DNA from: Usitatibacteraceae bacterium
GTDB taxonomy: Bacteria; Pseudomonadota; Gammaproteobacteria; Burkholderiales; Usitatibacteraceae
Direction of reading: 5' to 3'
NCBI GenBank assembly: GCA_044229235.1
Contig: JBGATH010000006.1
Span: 10,760-74,759, forward strand
Length of the DNA stretch: 64,000 nt
The stretch's first letter is position 1. Every line of letters starts with the position of its first letter. The notes under the pieces are model-generated. The model made no database searches. It had not been told where the DNA came from and saw only the letters and a list, made by a program, of their open reading frames with translations. A program made the translations under genes and the position numbers. Shown in pieces: positions 29,165 to 39,624 of this stretch.

Positions 29165-31956
29165 CGCTTGACTCCGCTGCATTTGACCGGACCGATTCGC
29201 GCGATGTCTTCGAGCTTGCCGGTCGGCATGTCAATTTTCATTCGGCAGGTGCTTCCGTTCCAGGCAAGTTCCAGGGAGTTTAATGCCTGCAATCCGGTTA
29301 CAAATGCCTCTCCTCGGCGCGCGACGAAGAACTCCTTGTTGTCACCGGCAAGCTTGAGTTCCGCGCCGGCAGGTGCGACATCGCCGTCATCGAACACAAT
29401 CTTGATGAGTGCCGCCCTGCCGCTACGAACCGGAAACTTCACCTTGATGCCGACCCGTGAGCCGGGAACCACATTCTGTTCGATATCGTCGATCTCGGCA
29501 TTGATCGGCAGTTCGCCCGGGTCGAGGCGAATCGAATTGCGGCGATAGGGTATGAGCCGCGGGATCAATGCGGTGCCGTCTGCGTCGGTGCGCGCGAAGG
29601 TACTGCTCTGGAAACCGACACCAACATTGGCATAGCCGGGCACTTCCACGACCGCGAAGCTTTCCTGGATGCGGCGCGAGGCGAAGAAACGTCCATCGAC
29701 AAATACCAGGCCTCCCTGCATGCCCAGTCGAGCAGTTTTCTGGTTGCGGGAAACGCTTACGTCGCTGGTGACCTGCCCTTTGCTTCCCTGATAGTAGGCG
29801 CCGGCTTCTGCCAATTCACCCCCGCCCCGTGTGCCGCCGAGCGCCCGCCAACCCAGGCCGTTCTCGGCCCCTAGCGGCCGGCTGACCGTGGCGTAGGCAT
29901 CCGTCTGGCCGGCGCGCCGCGAAACGCTGGCTGTCGCGGTGACAGTTTGATCCAGCGGCACGAACAGGCTCATGCCAACCGTATCCGCGCTCAACGAGCC
30001 GGTGACGCGCGTGAGGCTGACGGTGACGGAACTACCTTTGGCAAAGCGCCAGGAATAGTTGGCCGAGTAGGTCGAAAGCGGGCCTCGGTCAAAGCTGTTG
30101 ATGCGCGCATAGCCCACACCCAGATAACCGAGTTGCTCGGACGAATAGGTGTAGCTTGCCGATATCTGCGTGCTGTAGCCGAGGCTTGTCGTATCCTGTC
30201 CCAGGAGCCGGAACGCGCGGTTGCTGCCCTCGGCGCGGAAAGTAAAGCCATGCCGCAGGCTATTGTGTTGCAGGCCGGCCAGCCACTGATGGCCACGACC
30301 CGCCAGCCGGTCGTCGCTGATCGACATGCCGAACTCGCCAAGCACTTGCCCCGGCAATTCCACCGTGGCACCGACACCTGCGCTGTAGGTATCCTTGCCG
30401 ATCTCACCATGAGTTTCGAGTGTCCAGCGATTGTTGATGCCATAACGCCAGACGCCGGCGCCGAAGCGCTTGCCGTAATCCGCACTTTTAATGCCGATGT
30501 TCTTGCGCACCGCACCGGCATCGAGGCTCCAGTCGGAAAGTCCTTCGGCCAACATGTTGCTGCTGCTGAAGAAGTTCTGCACCAGCACCGTTTCGCGACC
30601 GAGTACGTCTCGAACGACCACGCGGGCCTGCCCGCTGCCGGTCAGCAAGGGAAAATTGTCGATTACGAATGGGCCGGTGGGCACCTTGGAGGTCTGGCGC
30701 AGGGAGTCATTTATGTAGAGCTCCACCGTGCTCGGCGCGCTGGACTGACCTGCTATCGTTGGAATCGGCTGCGAGATGAAGCCAGGGGAAAAACCGAAGT
30801 TGCGCGAAATCTGCAACCCGCCGAAATAGGTTGAGCGTCCGAAGCTTCCGCCCTTGGTAGTGCTGTCGCCGAGCCGCAGGGTAAGGTCCTGTTGCGGGAA
30901 ATCGCGGGTGAAAGAGGTTTCAAGGCGGCGCCAGCTGCTCTTGTCGCCGGTCACGCTGCCATCGTTGAGGATATTGCGACCGACATGGGTGCTCGTCAGC
31001 ACGCCCAGCTCGCCGGAGGCGCCGACCTCGACCAGCGCGCCAAGGTCCCGCGACGCGTCCACGCCGCGCGTATTGCTAAAGGTCTGCGTGAGATCGTAGT
31101 TGACGAAAGCTGCTGGCAAGGCGGGTGATACCGGCAACTTGGTTTCACTTGCCTGAGAAAGCCGTGTCGCCGCAAACGCCCCTGGCAGAAACTTCAAATC
31201 CACCGACTGATTGGCAATGTTCATCTGCGCTTCAAAGCCGGGTACGGACGCCAGTGAATACCAGGTCTGCCCGCGTTCGCTGATCGCGCGCGCGTCGGGT
31301 CGGCGATTCAAGCGCCATTCCTCGAATGCGTCCTCGGGTGCATAGAGCATGCCATTGCGTTCCATCAGCAACCAGTTGCCGGTCTTGGCGCCATTGATGG
31401 TCACTTCCAGCGGGACGAGACGTGTTTCTCCGGTTGCCGCATCGCGGGGCGGCGCAGGCGCAGGCGTCGCCGCCGGGGCCCGGGATGCCGTCGCGGGCGC
31501 GGAAACAGCTGGTGTCGGTGGAATGCTCGGCGCGATCGGCGCCAGGTTGGCACGCGCAAGCGCGCCGGGCTGGTTGCTCTTCAGATCCAGCAGCTTTTCC
31601 TTGAAATAGTGAACGGCTTCAAGTTGAGGCACCGCGGCGAGCGAGAACCAGATTTGCCCGAACGCTTCGACGCCGGAAGCGTTCAGACGACGCGATAAAC
31701 CCAGTCGCTGAAAAAGCTCGGGCGGCGCGAACAGGGCGCCCTTGTGATCCAGCAGAGACCAGCGCCCCGCAGACTTGCCGTTTAGCAGGACATCCAGCGA
31801 CACGACTTGCCCGGCGGGGCTGACCGCCTTGGCCGGTGTGGCACTGGTCGCGCGGGCGTGCCCGTCAGGCGTGAGCGAAAACGCCAGGAAACCGGCGGTT
31901 GCAAGGCTGGCAAATCGGTTCGCGAATCGCGCTGACGTTGGCTTGGGCAGAATCAT
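29161..31956 (-). CDS. fimbrial outer-membrane usher (archaic/sigma, CsuD-like) with duplicated N-terminal domain
   Basis: 931 aa with a beta-barrel-type composition and a C-terminal region typical of ushers. Sits between the PapD-like chaperone and pilin genes. Residues ~51-126 and ~180-255 are paralogous. Confidence 0.85.
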   Translation of the reverse strand: MILPKPTSARFANRFASLATAGFLAFSLTPDGHARATSATPAKAVSPAGQVVSLDVLLNGKSAGRWSLLDHKGALFAPPELFQRLGLSRRLNASGVEAFGQIWFSLAAVPQLEAVHYFKEKLLDLKSNQPGALARANLAPIAPSIPPTPAVSAPATASRAPAATPAPAPPRDAATGETRLVPLEVTINGAKTGNWLLMERNGMLYAPEDAFEEWRLNRRPDARAISERGQTWYSLASVPGFEAQMNIANQSVDLKFLPGAFAATRLSQASETKLPVSPALPAAFVNYDLTQTFSNTRGVDASRDLGALVEVGASGELGVLTSTHVGRNILNDGSVTGDKSSWRRLETSFTRDFPQQDLTLRLGDSTTKGGSFGRSTYFGGLQISRNFGFSPGFISQPIPTIAGQSSAPSTVELYINDSLRQTSKVPTGPFVIDNFPLLTGSGQARVVVRDVLGRETVLVQNFFSSSNMLAEGLSDWSLDAGAVRKNIGIKSADYGKRFGAGVWRYGINNRWTLETHGEIGKDTYSAGVGATVELPGQVLGEFGMSISDDRLAGRGHQWLAGLQHNSLRHGFTFRAEGSNRAFRLLGQDTTSLGYSTQISASYTYSSEQLGYLGVGYARINSFDRGPLSTYSANYSWRFAKGSSVTVSLTRVTGSLSADTVGMSLFVPLDQTVTATASVSRRAGQTDAYATVSRPLGAENGLGWRALGGTRGGGELAEAGAYYQGSKGQVTSDVSVSRNQKTARLGMQGGLVFVDGRFFASRRIQESFAVVEVPGYANVGVGFQSSTFARTDADGTALIPRLIPYRRNSIRLDPGELPINAEIDDIEQNVVPGSRVGIKVKFPVRSGRAALIKIVFDDGDVAPAGAELKLAGDNKEFFVARRGEAFVTGLQALNSLELAWNGSTCRMKIDMPTGKLEDIARIGPVKCSGVKR

Positions 31957-31978
31957 GCTTCATGGAGGCTTGCGGCCG

Positions 31979-32731
31979 TCAGGGAAACATGACTGGGAAG
32001 GATTGTGTTTTGCTGTCGTCGAAGGCGACAGCCAGGTCGAGCGCGCCCTTGGCGATCGGATCGGTCAGCTTTACAGGGATGGACTTGCTGGCGCCTGGCA
32101 GTATGTAGATCCCTCCCTCGAAGCGAGCCTCAACCTTTTCGCCGCGCTTGAGCTGGAATTCCCTGATCTGGGCGTAGGCCGTTCCGGTATTCCTGCAGGT
32201 CACCGTGAGGTCCTTGCCATTGCTCGACGCGGAACATGCGACGTCGCGCGCGGCGATTGGAGGTGTAATGAACACGGGCATCGACAGCGCCAGCGCAATC
32301 GGTACCTGGATGGTCGCGTTCTTGGGTTGCGTCGCCTCCGGAATCTCGCGCAGGATCAGCCGGTAGGTCAGTTGCCTCGACGCGTCCGCGGGCTTCAATA
32401 GTGCCAGTCGCACGACCTGGCGCGCCTTGGGTGCCAATTTGATGATGGGGGGCGAGAGTATCAAATCCTCGGTGAGAGTCAGTTGGTCGGTGCCATCCGG
32501 CTTCTGGCGCCAGTCATTGAGGTCCGCCTGAAGCGCAACCGGTTCATCGCCTTCATTGACGATCGTGACCGCAACCGCGCGATCCTTGGGCGTCATGTAG
32601 ATACGCACCGGCGTGACTGAAAACACGCCGGCGTCGGCGGCCGGCACCGCGATAATGGCGGCCAGCAAAAACGCAAATCGCGCCCATGGGGCGCGACCGG
32701 CAGAGACTCTGGATATCAATCGTGTATTCAT
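31979..32731 (-). CDS. fimbrial periplasmic chaperone (PapD-like, CsuC-like)
   Basis: Signal peptide, then FSVTPVRIYMTPKDRAVAVTIVNEGDEPVALQ.. (typical chaperone strand A/B); 250 aa. Confidence 0.85.
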   Translation of the reverse strand: MNTRLISRVSAGRAPWARFAFLLAAIIAVPAADAGVFSVTPVRIYMTPKDRAVAVTIVNEGDEPVALQADLNDWRQKPDGTDQLTLTEDLILSPPIIKLAPKARQVVRLALLKPADASRQLTYRLILREIPEATQPKNATIQVPIALALSMPVFITPPIAARDVACSASSNGKDLTVTCRNTGTAYAQIREFQLKRGEKVEARFEGGIYILPGASKSIPVKLTDPIAKGALDLAVAFDDSKTQSFPVMFP

Positions 32732-32755
32732 TTCGGTTTCACGGCTTGGTAAGTC

Positions 32756-33172
32756 CTAGAAGCTGACGAGCATTTCCAGCGGCCCGTTGTCCTCGTCGAC
32801 GCGATAAATTCGCATCGCGGTGACGGTCCCGGTGCCGAGCATGTTATCGGCACTACCCGCCAGCGAGGCTTCCACCCAGTGGCCCGGGCCGAAACTGAAG
32901 CGAAATGCCCCGCCGTGAACACCGGCGAACGGTCTGCCCGGTTGCGGCGAAATATCCACAAACTGGCCGGTCTGGCACGCCACGCGGACGACGGCGTTGG
33001 TTTGCGCGCTTAGCGATTCACTGATACAAACTCCGCGCCCGCCAGTTGGCGCGGACTCAGAGACAAGGGAGATATTCACGTTGAAATGACCCACCTGGTT
33101 GCGCGCGCCAGCCATACCCGAAGGTATCGCGGCCAGCGCGAGCAGCAGTGCGGCCCTGGTGATGGCCATCAA
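32756..33172 (-). CDS. secreted protein, divergent SCPU-like minor pilus subunit (tentative)
   Basis: Signal peptide; FNVNISLVSE..GVCISESL..VACQTG echoes the SCPU N-terminal strand and Cys pattern. Operonic, with 22-24 nt gaps. Confidence 0.55.
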   Translation of the reverse strand: MMAITRAALLLALAAIPSGMAGARNQVGHFNVNISLVSESAPTGGRGVCISESLSAQTNAVVRVACQTGQFVDISPQPGRPFAGVHGGAFRFSFGPGHWVEASLAGSADNMLGTGTVTAMRIYRVDEDNGPLEMLVSF

Positions 33173-33194
33173 TTGCGAGTCTGCGGGGGCAGGC

Positions 33195-33662
33195 TTAGTA
33201 CGTAACCGTCAACGTCTTGCCGCGATTGGTCGCAGCCGCGTTAGTACAGGTCGTGGTCGCGCAATTGCCTGACTGGTTTGCGGCCATGCTGCCGGTCACC
33301 GTGAAAGCCTGGGCGGCGCCGGTACCGGTTTGCGCGGCCGCCGGAACGGTGAGCGTATAGGCCAGATTGACGGCATCATCGGTCACGTCGGCGGTACCGC
33401 CGCCGTTGGTGGTGGTCAGCGCCATCGTGTATTGCAGACCCGGCGTGCAGGTCACATTGAAAGCACCACTGCCAGCGTTAGGTGTCGAGGCGGTGTTCTG
33501 GAACGACGTGTAATCGAAAGTCACGTCTGCGATCGTGCCCAGCGTGCAGACCGAGGTCAAGTTAATGACGACGTTGAACGTGCCGGTCGTCGTCGCGGCC
33601 TGGCCGGTGGAACCAAACAGCAGTCCGATCGCCGCGGCCGAAGCCAAAAGAATCTTTTTCAT
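33195..33662 (-). CDS. spore-coat-U (SCPU) major pilin (CsuA/B-like)
   Basis: GGAGGG SD before the ATG at 33662. MKKILLASAAAIGLLFGSTGQA signal, TFNVVINLTSVCTL.., C-terminal GNCATTTC...KTLTVTY. Confidence 0.85.
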   Translation of the reverse strand: MKKILLASAAAIGLLFGSTGQAATTTGTFNVVINLTSVCTLGTIADVTFDYTSFQNTASTPNAGSGAFNVTCTPGLQYTMALTTTNGGGTADVTDDAVNLAYTLTVPAAAQTGTGAAQAFTVTGSMAANQSGNCATTTCTNAAATNRGKTLTVTY

Positions 33663-33874
33663 ACTCCCTCCAATGTTCAAAGAAAACAGACAATAAGCCC
33701 AAGGTACATGAACATGGTAGGCGAGGGGCTACCAAGCGTCAATTCCGTTCGTCACCGACGAGCGGAAATTGTCCCTAAAAAACAGATACAAGGCTCTGGT
33801 TTCTCACCCAATTTGGCGAAAAAGTGACTTTTCGCACAGGCAGGCCGGCCAAATTGGTCAGCGAACACTTACTT

Positions 33875-34378
33875 TTATCGCTTGATCGCCGACATGCGCC
33901 GCAGGATTTGGCCTGCAGCATCGCGCTCCATATCCAGATAAAGCAGGGCTTCCTCCTGCTGTTTCGCGATAACCTGCGAGTCGTCATAGGTAAGGATGCG
34001 CTGCAACTGAATTTCGCTCGTCGGAATGGCGACGCCGCCTTTGTTGTCCACCAACTGGTAGCGCACGGTGAGCTTAAGCTGGTACTCACGAACACGGCCG
34101 CCGCCCGAAAGCGACAGAATCAGGCGGTCGCGCTTTTCGTCAACGATATTGAGCTGCGCTTCGGCGTCTTTGGCGACAGTTGTCAGCTTGGTCGGGCTGT
34201 TGGTCAGCTCCCGTTGTAACCGTTTGGCAATCTGCGAGGTACCGGCAGCCGAAACGTAAACGCTGCCGAACGGAACGTTGTACTCGCCGCGCAGATGGAA
34301 ACCGCAAGCCGACAGGAAACCGGCAAGCAGCAGCAGCCCGGCGCTGAACTTTCCCCGGCGCGCGTTAAACGACCACAT
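33875..34378 (-). CDS. lptE: LPS-assembly lipoprotein LptE
   Basis: Lipobox LSAC followed by GFHLRG; overlaps the leuS stop as in other proteobacteria. Confidence 0.85.
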   Translation of the reverse strand: MWSFNARRGKFSAGLLLLAGFLSACGFHLRGEYNVPFGSVYVSAAGTSQIAKRLQRELTNSPTKLTTVAKDAEAQLNIVDEKRDRLILSLSGGGRVREYQLKLTVRYQLVDNKGGVAIPTSEIQLQRILTYDDSQVIAKQQEEALLYLDMERDAAGQILRRMSAIKR

Positions 34379-37070
34379 TGACCAGTTTTCCAGGAACGAC
34401 GATTACTTTCTTCACGGGCTTGCCTTCGGTGTGGCGCTTGACTCCTTCATCCGCCAGCGCCAGCGTTTCGATCGCATCCTTGCCGGCGGCCTTGGGTACG
34501 CGGATGCTGCCGCGCAGCTTGCCGTTCACCTGCACCACCATCTCGATTTCGTCCTGCTCCAGCGCCGCCGCGTCCGGCTCGGGCCACGGCGCGTCGATGA
34601 TCGGGCCGGCTTCGGTCGCAAAACCGAGGTCTTGCCATAGCACATGTGTGATGTGCGGGCAGGCGGGGTAAAGCGTCTTCAGCAGAATCCCGAATCCTTC
34701 AACAATGGTTTGTGCTTGGTGGGGCACCCAACGGGTCTGCGCTGGGGAGTCCGGTCGCGCCTCAGCGCCCACGCCGATCGCCTCAAGAATGTTCAGCATC
34801 TTCATTGCGGCGGAAACAACCGTGTTGTATTGGAGCCTAGAGAAATCAAAGTTCGCTTGTCGAAGTGCGAGGTGCAACTCCCGTCGCGCATCTTTCCAAA
34901 CGCGATCCGCTTTCGACCAATCGGTCGTGGGGATGAAAGCGGGGCTTCGAACGAATTCGAACGATGCCTGGTTTCGTACAGCGAAATTCCACACCCGTCG
35001 CAGGTAGCGCTGCGTGCCTTCCACGCCGGCGCTCGACCACTCGATGGTCTGTTCCGGCGGGCTGGCGAACATGGTGAACAACCGCGCCGCATCGGCGCCA
35101 AAGGTGTCGATCATGTCCTGCGGATCCACGCCGTTGAGCTTGGACTTGGACATCGTGCCCACGCCGCCGTAATCCACTGCCGAGCCGTCCGACTTGAGTC
35201 GATGCGACGCCGGCTTGCCTGCCGCATCCATGAGCGTTTCGACCTCGTCCGGCGGGAAGTACTCGATGCCACCCTTGTCGGTGCGCCGCGAATAGATGTG
35301 ATTGAGCACCATGCCCTGGCACAGCAGGTTGGTGAACGGCTCATCGATTTTCACCAGGCCCAGGTCGCGCATCACCTTGGTCCAGAAACGTGCGTACAGC
35401 AGATGCAGTACCGCATGGGTGATGCCGCCGATGTACTGGTCCATCGGCATCCAGTAGTCGTTGCACGCCGACACCATCTTGTCGTGGTAGTCCGCTGCGG
35501 TGTTGGGCGAGGTGTAGCGCATGTAATACCAGCTCGAATCGACGAAGGTATCCATGGTGTCGGTTTCGCGCGTGGCCGGCTTGCCGCACTTGGGGCAGGC
35601 GCAATTCAGGAAGCGCTCGTCTTTTTTCAGCGGGTTGCTGAAGCCATCTGGAATGAGATCCTGCGGCAACACCACCGGCAAGTCCTGGTCCGGTACCGGC
35701 ACATCGCCACAGGTATCGCAATGGATGATCGGGATCGGCGTGCCCCAGAATCGCTGGCGCGAAATGCTCCAATCGCGCAGGCGGTATTGGGTCTTTTTCT
35801 CGCCGCCGTTGGCGGCCGTTTGCGCGGCGACGTAGTCGATGGCGGCGTCGTAATCCATCCCGTTCATCGGGCCTGATTCGATGCAAACACCATAGTCGCC
35901 GTAGTGGGACTGCCAGGCATCCAACGCATAGGGTTTGCCGAGTTCAATCACCTGCTTGATCGGCAGGCCATACTTCTTGGCAAACGCAAAGTCGCGCTCG
36001 TCGTGGCCGGGCACGCCCATGACCGCGCCGTCGCCGTAGCTCATCAGTACGTAATTTCCGACCCACACTTCCACCTTCGCGCCCGTGAGCGGGTGGGTAA
36101 CGAACAATCCCGTCGCCACGCCCTTTTTTTCCATGGTGGCGAGGTCCGCTTCCATCACCGTGCCGCGCCTGGCCTCATCGATGAAGGCGGCGACTTTGGT
36201 GTCGCGGCCGGCGGCGATCACGGCCAGTGGATGCTCAGGAGCGACCGCGCAGAAGGTCACGCCCATGATGGTGTCGGCGCGGGTGGTGAAGACGAACAAT
36301 TTGCCGTCTCCGACCAGCTTGCCCGCAGCATCCTTGATGTCGTGCGAGAAGGCGAAACGCACGCCGACCGATTTGCCGATCCAGTTTTCCTGCATGGCGC
36401 GCACGCTGGCGGGCCAGCCGGTGAGCTTGTTGGCCACGCAGTCGAGTAACTCCTCGGCGTAACCGGTGATACCCATGTAGTAACCGGGGATCTCGCGCTT
36501 TTCGACTGGTGCGCCGGAACGCCAGCCACGGCCATCGATCACCTGCTCGTTGGCCAGCACCGTCTGGTCCACCGGGTCCCAGTTCACCACCTGGGTCTTT
36601 TTGTAGACGATGCCTTTCTCCAGCATGCGCAGAAAGAACCACTGATTCCATTTGTAGTACTCGGGATCACAGGTGGCGAATTCACGCGACCAGTCGATTG
36701 CCCAGCCCATCGCCTGGCACTGCTTCTTCATGTAGGCGATGTTCTCGTAAGTCCACTTTGCCGGCGCCACCTTGTTTTTCAGCGCGGCGTTTTCGGCTGG
36801 CAACCCGAAGGCATCCCAACCCATCGGCTGAAGCACGTTGAAACCCTTCATGCGCAACTGGCGCGCCATCATGTCGTTGATGGTGTAGTTGCGTACGTGT
36901 CCCATGTGCAGCTTGCCGGAAGGGTAGGGCAGCATGGAACACGCATAGAACTTCGGCTTCGGCTGGCCGTGTTTGTCCGTGGCGTGTTCGACGACGCGAT
37001 AGGCATCGGTTTGCGTCCATTCCGCTTGTGCGCGGGCCTCGACTTGGCGATGCTGGTACTGGGATTCCAT
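34365..37070 (-). CDS. leuS: leucine--tRNA ligase
   Basis: [18 protein letters not shown].., HIGH-type motif [20 protein letters not shown] (GTMSKSKLN). The ORF extends 15 codons further to 37115, but the family N-terminus matches ATG 37070. Confidence 0.95.
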   Translation of the reverse strand: MESQYQHRQVEARAQAEWTQTDAYRVVEHATDKHGQPKPKFYACSMLPYPSGKLHMGHVRNYTINDMMARQLRMKGFNVLQPMGWDAFGLPAENAALKNKVAPAKWTYENIAYMKKQCQAMGWAIDWSREFATCDPEYYKWNQWFFLRMLEKGIVYKKTQVVNWDPVDQTVLANEQVIDGRGWRSGAPVEKREIPGYYMGITGYAEELLDCVANKLTGWPASVRAMQENWIGKSVGVRFAFSHDIKDAAGKLVGDGKLFVFTTRADTIMGVTFCAVAPEHPLAVIAAGRDTKVAAFIDEARRGTVMEADLATMEKKGVATGLFVTHPLTGAKVEVWVGNYVLMSYGDGAVMGVPGHDERDFAFAKKYGLPIKQVIELGKPYALDAWQSHYGDYGVCIESGPMNGMDYDAAIDYVAAQTAANGGEKKTQYRLRDWSISRQRFWGTPIPIIHCDTCGDVPVPDQDLPVVLPQDLIPDGFSNPLKKDERFLNCACPKCGKPATRETDTMDTFVDSSWYYMRYTSPNTAADYHDKMVSACNDYWMPMDQYIGGITHAVLHLLYARFWTKVMRDLGLVKIDEPFTNLLCQGMVLNHIYSRRTDKGGIEYFPPDEVETLMDAAGKPASHRLKSDGSAVDYGGVGTMSKSKLNGVDPQDMIDTFGADAARLFTMFASPPEQTIEWSSAGVEGTQRYLRRVWNFAVRNQASFEFVRSPAFIPTTDWSKADRVWKDARRELHLALRQANFDFSRLQYNTVVSAAMKMLNILEAIGVGAEARPDSPAQTRWVPHQAQTIVEGFGILLKTLYPACPHITHVLWQDLGFATEAGPIIDAPWPEPDAAALEQDEIEMVVQVNGKLRGSIRVPKAAGKDAIETLALADEGVKRHTEGKPVKKVIVVPGKLVNVVV

Positions 37071-37226
37071 GGGGGAGAAACGCGAAGAAAATGCGGGTGA
37101 TTTGAGAGGCGTCATTATACATGTTGGGTCATTTCCTCCCTCTGGGGCGGAGGTGAACGCACCCGTTTTTCACAGGGGAAATTGAGTCGGCGCCGTATAA
37201 TGCCCATCACTCTTTGATCGCTGCCG

Positions 37227-39539
37227 ATGAACGCTCCCGCGCAATCCTCCCTGCTACCGCCCCGACTGCTGGAAAACCTCAACCCGCCGCAGCAACAGGC
37301 GGTAACGCTGGGCCACGAATCGGCGTTGGTATTGGCGGGCGCAGGCTCCGGCAAGACGCGCGTGCTGACCACCCGCATCGCCTACCTGATCCAGACCGGG
37401 CAAGTGAGCCCGGCGGGCATTCTCGCGGTGACGTTCACCAACAAGGCCGCCAAGGAAATGCTCACCCGCCTCTCGGCGATGATGCCCATCAACACGCGTG
37501 GCATGTGGATCGGCACCTTTCACGGCCTCTGCAACCGCATGCTGCGCGCGCACTATCGCGATGCCAGGCTGCCGCAGACCTTCCAGATTCTCGATTCGGC
37601 CGACCAGCAATCGGCGGTCAAGCGCTTGTTGAAGTCGCTCAACGTCGACGAGGAAAAGTACAAACCGCGCGAATTGTGCTGGTTCATCAACAGCGCCAAG
37701 GACCAGGGCCTGCGCGCCGACGCGGTTGAAGCGCACGACGAATTCACCCGCCGCCAGGTCGAGCTGTACGCCGCCTACGACGATCAGTGCCAGCGCGAAG
37801 GCGTGGTCGATTTCGCCGAGCTGCTGTTGCGAAGTTACGAGCTGCTGGGAAAAAATCTCGCCCTGCGTGAACACTACTGCCAACGCTTCCGCTTCATCCT
37901 GGTTGATGAGTTCCAGGACACCAACCGCCTGCAGTACCAGTGGATCCGGCTGCTGGCCGGCGGCGGTGCGGCGATGTTTGCCGTGGGCGACGACGACCAG
38001 AGCATCTACAAATTTCGCGGCGCGGAAGTCGGCAATATGCGCGACTTCCAGCGCGATTTCGCCGGGCAGAACGTCATCAAGCTCGAGCAGAACTACCGAT
38101 CGCACAGCAATATCCTTGATGCCGCCAACGCGGTTATCGCGCACAACAAGGACAGGCTGGGCAAGAACCTGTGGACCGACGCCGGCAAGGGCGAACCGAT
38201 CCGGGTGTATGCGGGCGCCTCCGACAACGACGAGGCCACGTTCATCGTCGAGGAAGTGAAGACCCTCAATCGCAGCGGCATGGCGCTGTGCGACATGGCA
38301 TTGCTGTACCGATCCAATGCGCAGTCACGGGTTCTCGAGCACACGCTGTTCCGTGCCGGTGTGGCTTATCGCGTCTACGGTGGCTTGCGGTTTTTCGAGC
38401 GCCAGGAAATCAAGCACGCTCTCGCCTACCTCCGGCTGGCGGCCAACCCGGATGATGATGGCGCGTTTTCACGCGTGGTGAACGTGCCGCCGCGCGGCAT
38501 CGGCGCACGCACCATCGAGCAGGTGCAGGAACTGGCCAAGCGCGACAACTCGTCGATGCATGCGGCTGCGTCCACCGGCATTGCCAAGGGCGAGATCAGC
38601 GGACGTGCGGCCACCAGCGTTGGCGCGTTCCTGCGGGTGGTGGAAGCGCTCAAGGCGGCGTCGACGGCAGTGTCGCTGCAGGAACTGGCGGACGAATGCC
38701 TTGAGAAAAGCGGCCTGCGTGCCCATTACCAGGCCGAGCGCGAGGGTGCGGACCGGCTGGAAAACCTGGCGGAACTGGTCACCGCCACGGCGCAGTTCCA
38801 GGAAGAATACGAAGGTGAAGATACCTCGCTGGTCGGCTTTCTCACCCACGCCAGCCTCGAAGCGGGTGAACACGAAGCCGGGGTGAATGAAGATGCGCTG
38901 CAACTCATGACGGTGCACTCGGCAAAGGGCCTTGAATTCAAGGCTGTGTTCCTGAGCGGTTTGGAGGAAGGGCTGTTCCCGCACGAGAATTCGATCACCG
39001 ATCTCGACGGACTCGAGGAAGAGCGCCGGCTCATGTACGTGGCTGTCACGCGAGCCCGCGAGCGCCTGTACCTGTCGTACGCCGGCCAGCGCATGTTGCA
39101 TGGCCAGACCCGCTACGGCATCGTCTCGCGGTTTGTCGAAGAGATTCCGGCGGGCCTGTGCAAGTGGATCGTGGTGCCGGAGCGCCAGGCGGGCTATCTC
39201 GCCGGCAACCACATGTACCCGTCGGCGCATGGTGCCGGTGGCGGGCACGCCCAGCAGGCCTGGGGTGGGTACGTGGGCAACCGCGGCATCCGCCAATCCG
39301 AAGCGGACGCCAGGTACGGACGCGAAGGTGCGCCCGACACTTCGCGCGCCGGCTTTGAAACCTCACGCCCCGACGCGCAGCCGTTTGCGGTCGGACAGAA
39401 TGTCGCCCATGCCAAATTCGGTGAGGGCGTGGTGCTGAACTACGAAGGCCGAGGGCTCGATGCGCGGGTACAGGTGAAGTTTCGCGACGAGGGCACCAAA
39501 TGGCTGGCGCTGCAGTACGCGAAACTGACCGCCGCCTGA
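37227..39539 (+). CDS. uvrD: ATP-dependent DNA helicase II (UvrD)
   Basis: LNPPQQQAV, Walker A AGAGSGKTRVL, DEFQDTN, and the C-terminal ..GQNVAHAKFGEGVVLNYEG.. domain as in E. coli UvrD. Confidence 0.9.
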   Translation: MNAPAQSSLLPPRLLENLNPPQQQAVTLGHESALVLAGAGSGKTRVLTTRIAYLIQTGQVSPAGILAVTFTNKAAKEMLTRLSAMMPINTRGMWIGTFHGLCNRMLRAHYRDARLPQTFQILDSADQQSAVKRLLKSLNVDEEKYKPRELCWFINSAKDQGLRADAVEAHDEFTRRQVELYAAYDDQCQREGVVDFAELLLRSYELLGKNLALREHYCQRFRFILVDEFQDTNRLQYQWIRLLAGGGAAMFAVGDDDQSIYKFRGAEVGNMRDFQRDFAGQNVIKLEQNYRSHSNILDAANAVIAHNKDRLGKNLWTDAGKGEPIRVYAGASDNDEATFIVEEVKTLNRSGMALCDMALLYRSNAQSRVLEHTLFRAGVAYRVYGGLRFFERQEIKHALAYLRLAANPDDDGAFSRVVNVPPRGIGARTIEQVQELAKRDNSSMHAAASTGIAKGEISGRAATSVGAFLRVVEALKAASTAVSLQELADECLEKSGLRAHYQAEREGADRLENLAELVTATAQFQEEYEGEDTSLVGFLTHASLEAGEHEAGVNEDALQLMTVHSAKGLEFKAVFLSGLEEGLFPHENSITDLDGLEEERRLMYVAVTRARERLYLSYAGQRMLHGQTRYGIVSRFVEEIPAGLCKWIVVPERQAGYLAGNHMYPSAHGAGGGHAQQAWGGYVGNRGIRQSEADARYGREGAPDTSRAGFETSRPDAQPFAVGQNVAHAKFGEGVVLNYEGRGLDARVQVKFRDEGTKWLALQYAKLTAA

Positions 39540-39553
39540 AAAGGTTGAAAGCA

Positions 39554-39619
39554 AAACACCAGCATTGGCGCGCCCTCCAGGCCGAAAATGCCCGGAAAGC
39601 CGCGCCAATGCTGGTGTTT
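39554..39619. repeat. REP-like palindromic element, copy B
   Basis: AAACACCAGCATTGGCGCG...CGCGCCAATGCTGGTGTTT with a partly degenerate inner stem. Same family as copy A but inverted. Lies between the convergent uvrD and the binding-protein gene. Confidence 0.8.
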
Positions 39620-39624
39620 GATAC

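Noticed and set aside
33808-33857. Nested inverted repeats (CCAATTTGGC...GCCAAATTGG, with inner GCGAAAAAG-TGA-CTTTTCGC) just downstream of lptE, at the edge of the pilus island
   Set aside because: It could be an lptE terminator or an insertion scar. It has no U-tract and no matching repeat at the other island boundary (28271-28285), so I cannot support either reading.
34644-35876. 410-aa ORF antisense to leuS (plus several others between 34.4 and 37.1 kb)
   Set aside because: Shadow ORFs inside an unmistakable leucyl-tRNA synthetase gene.
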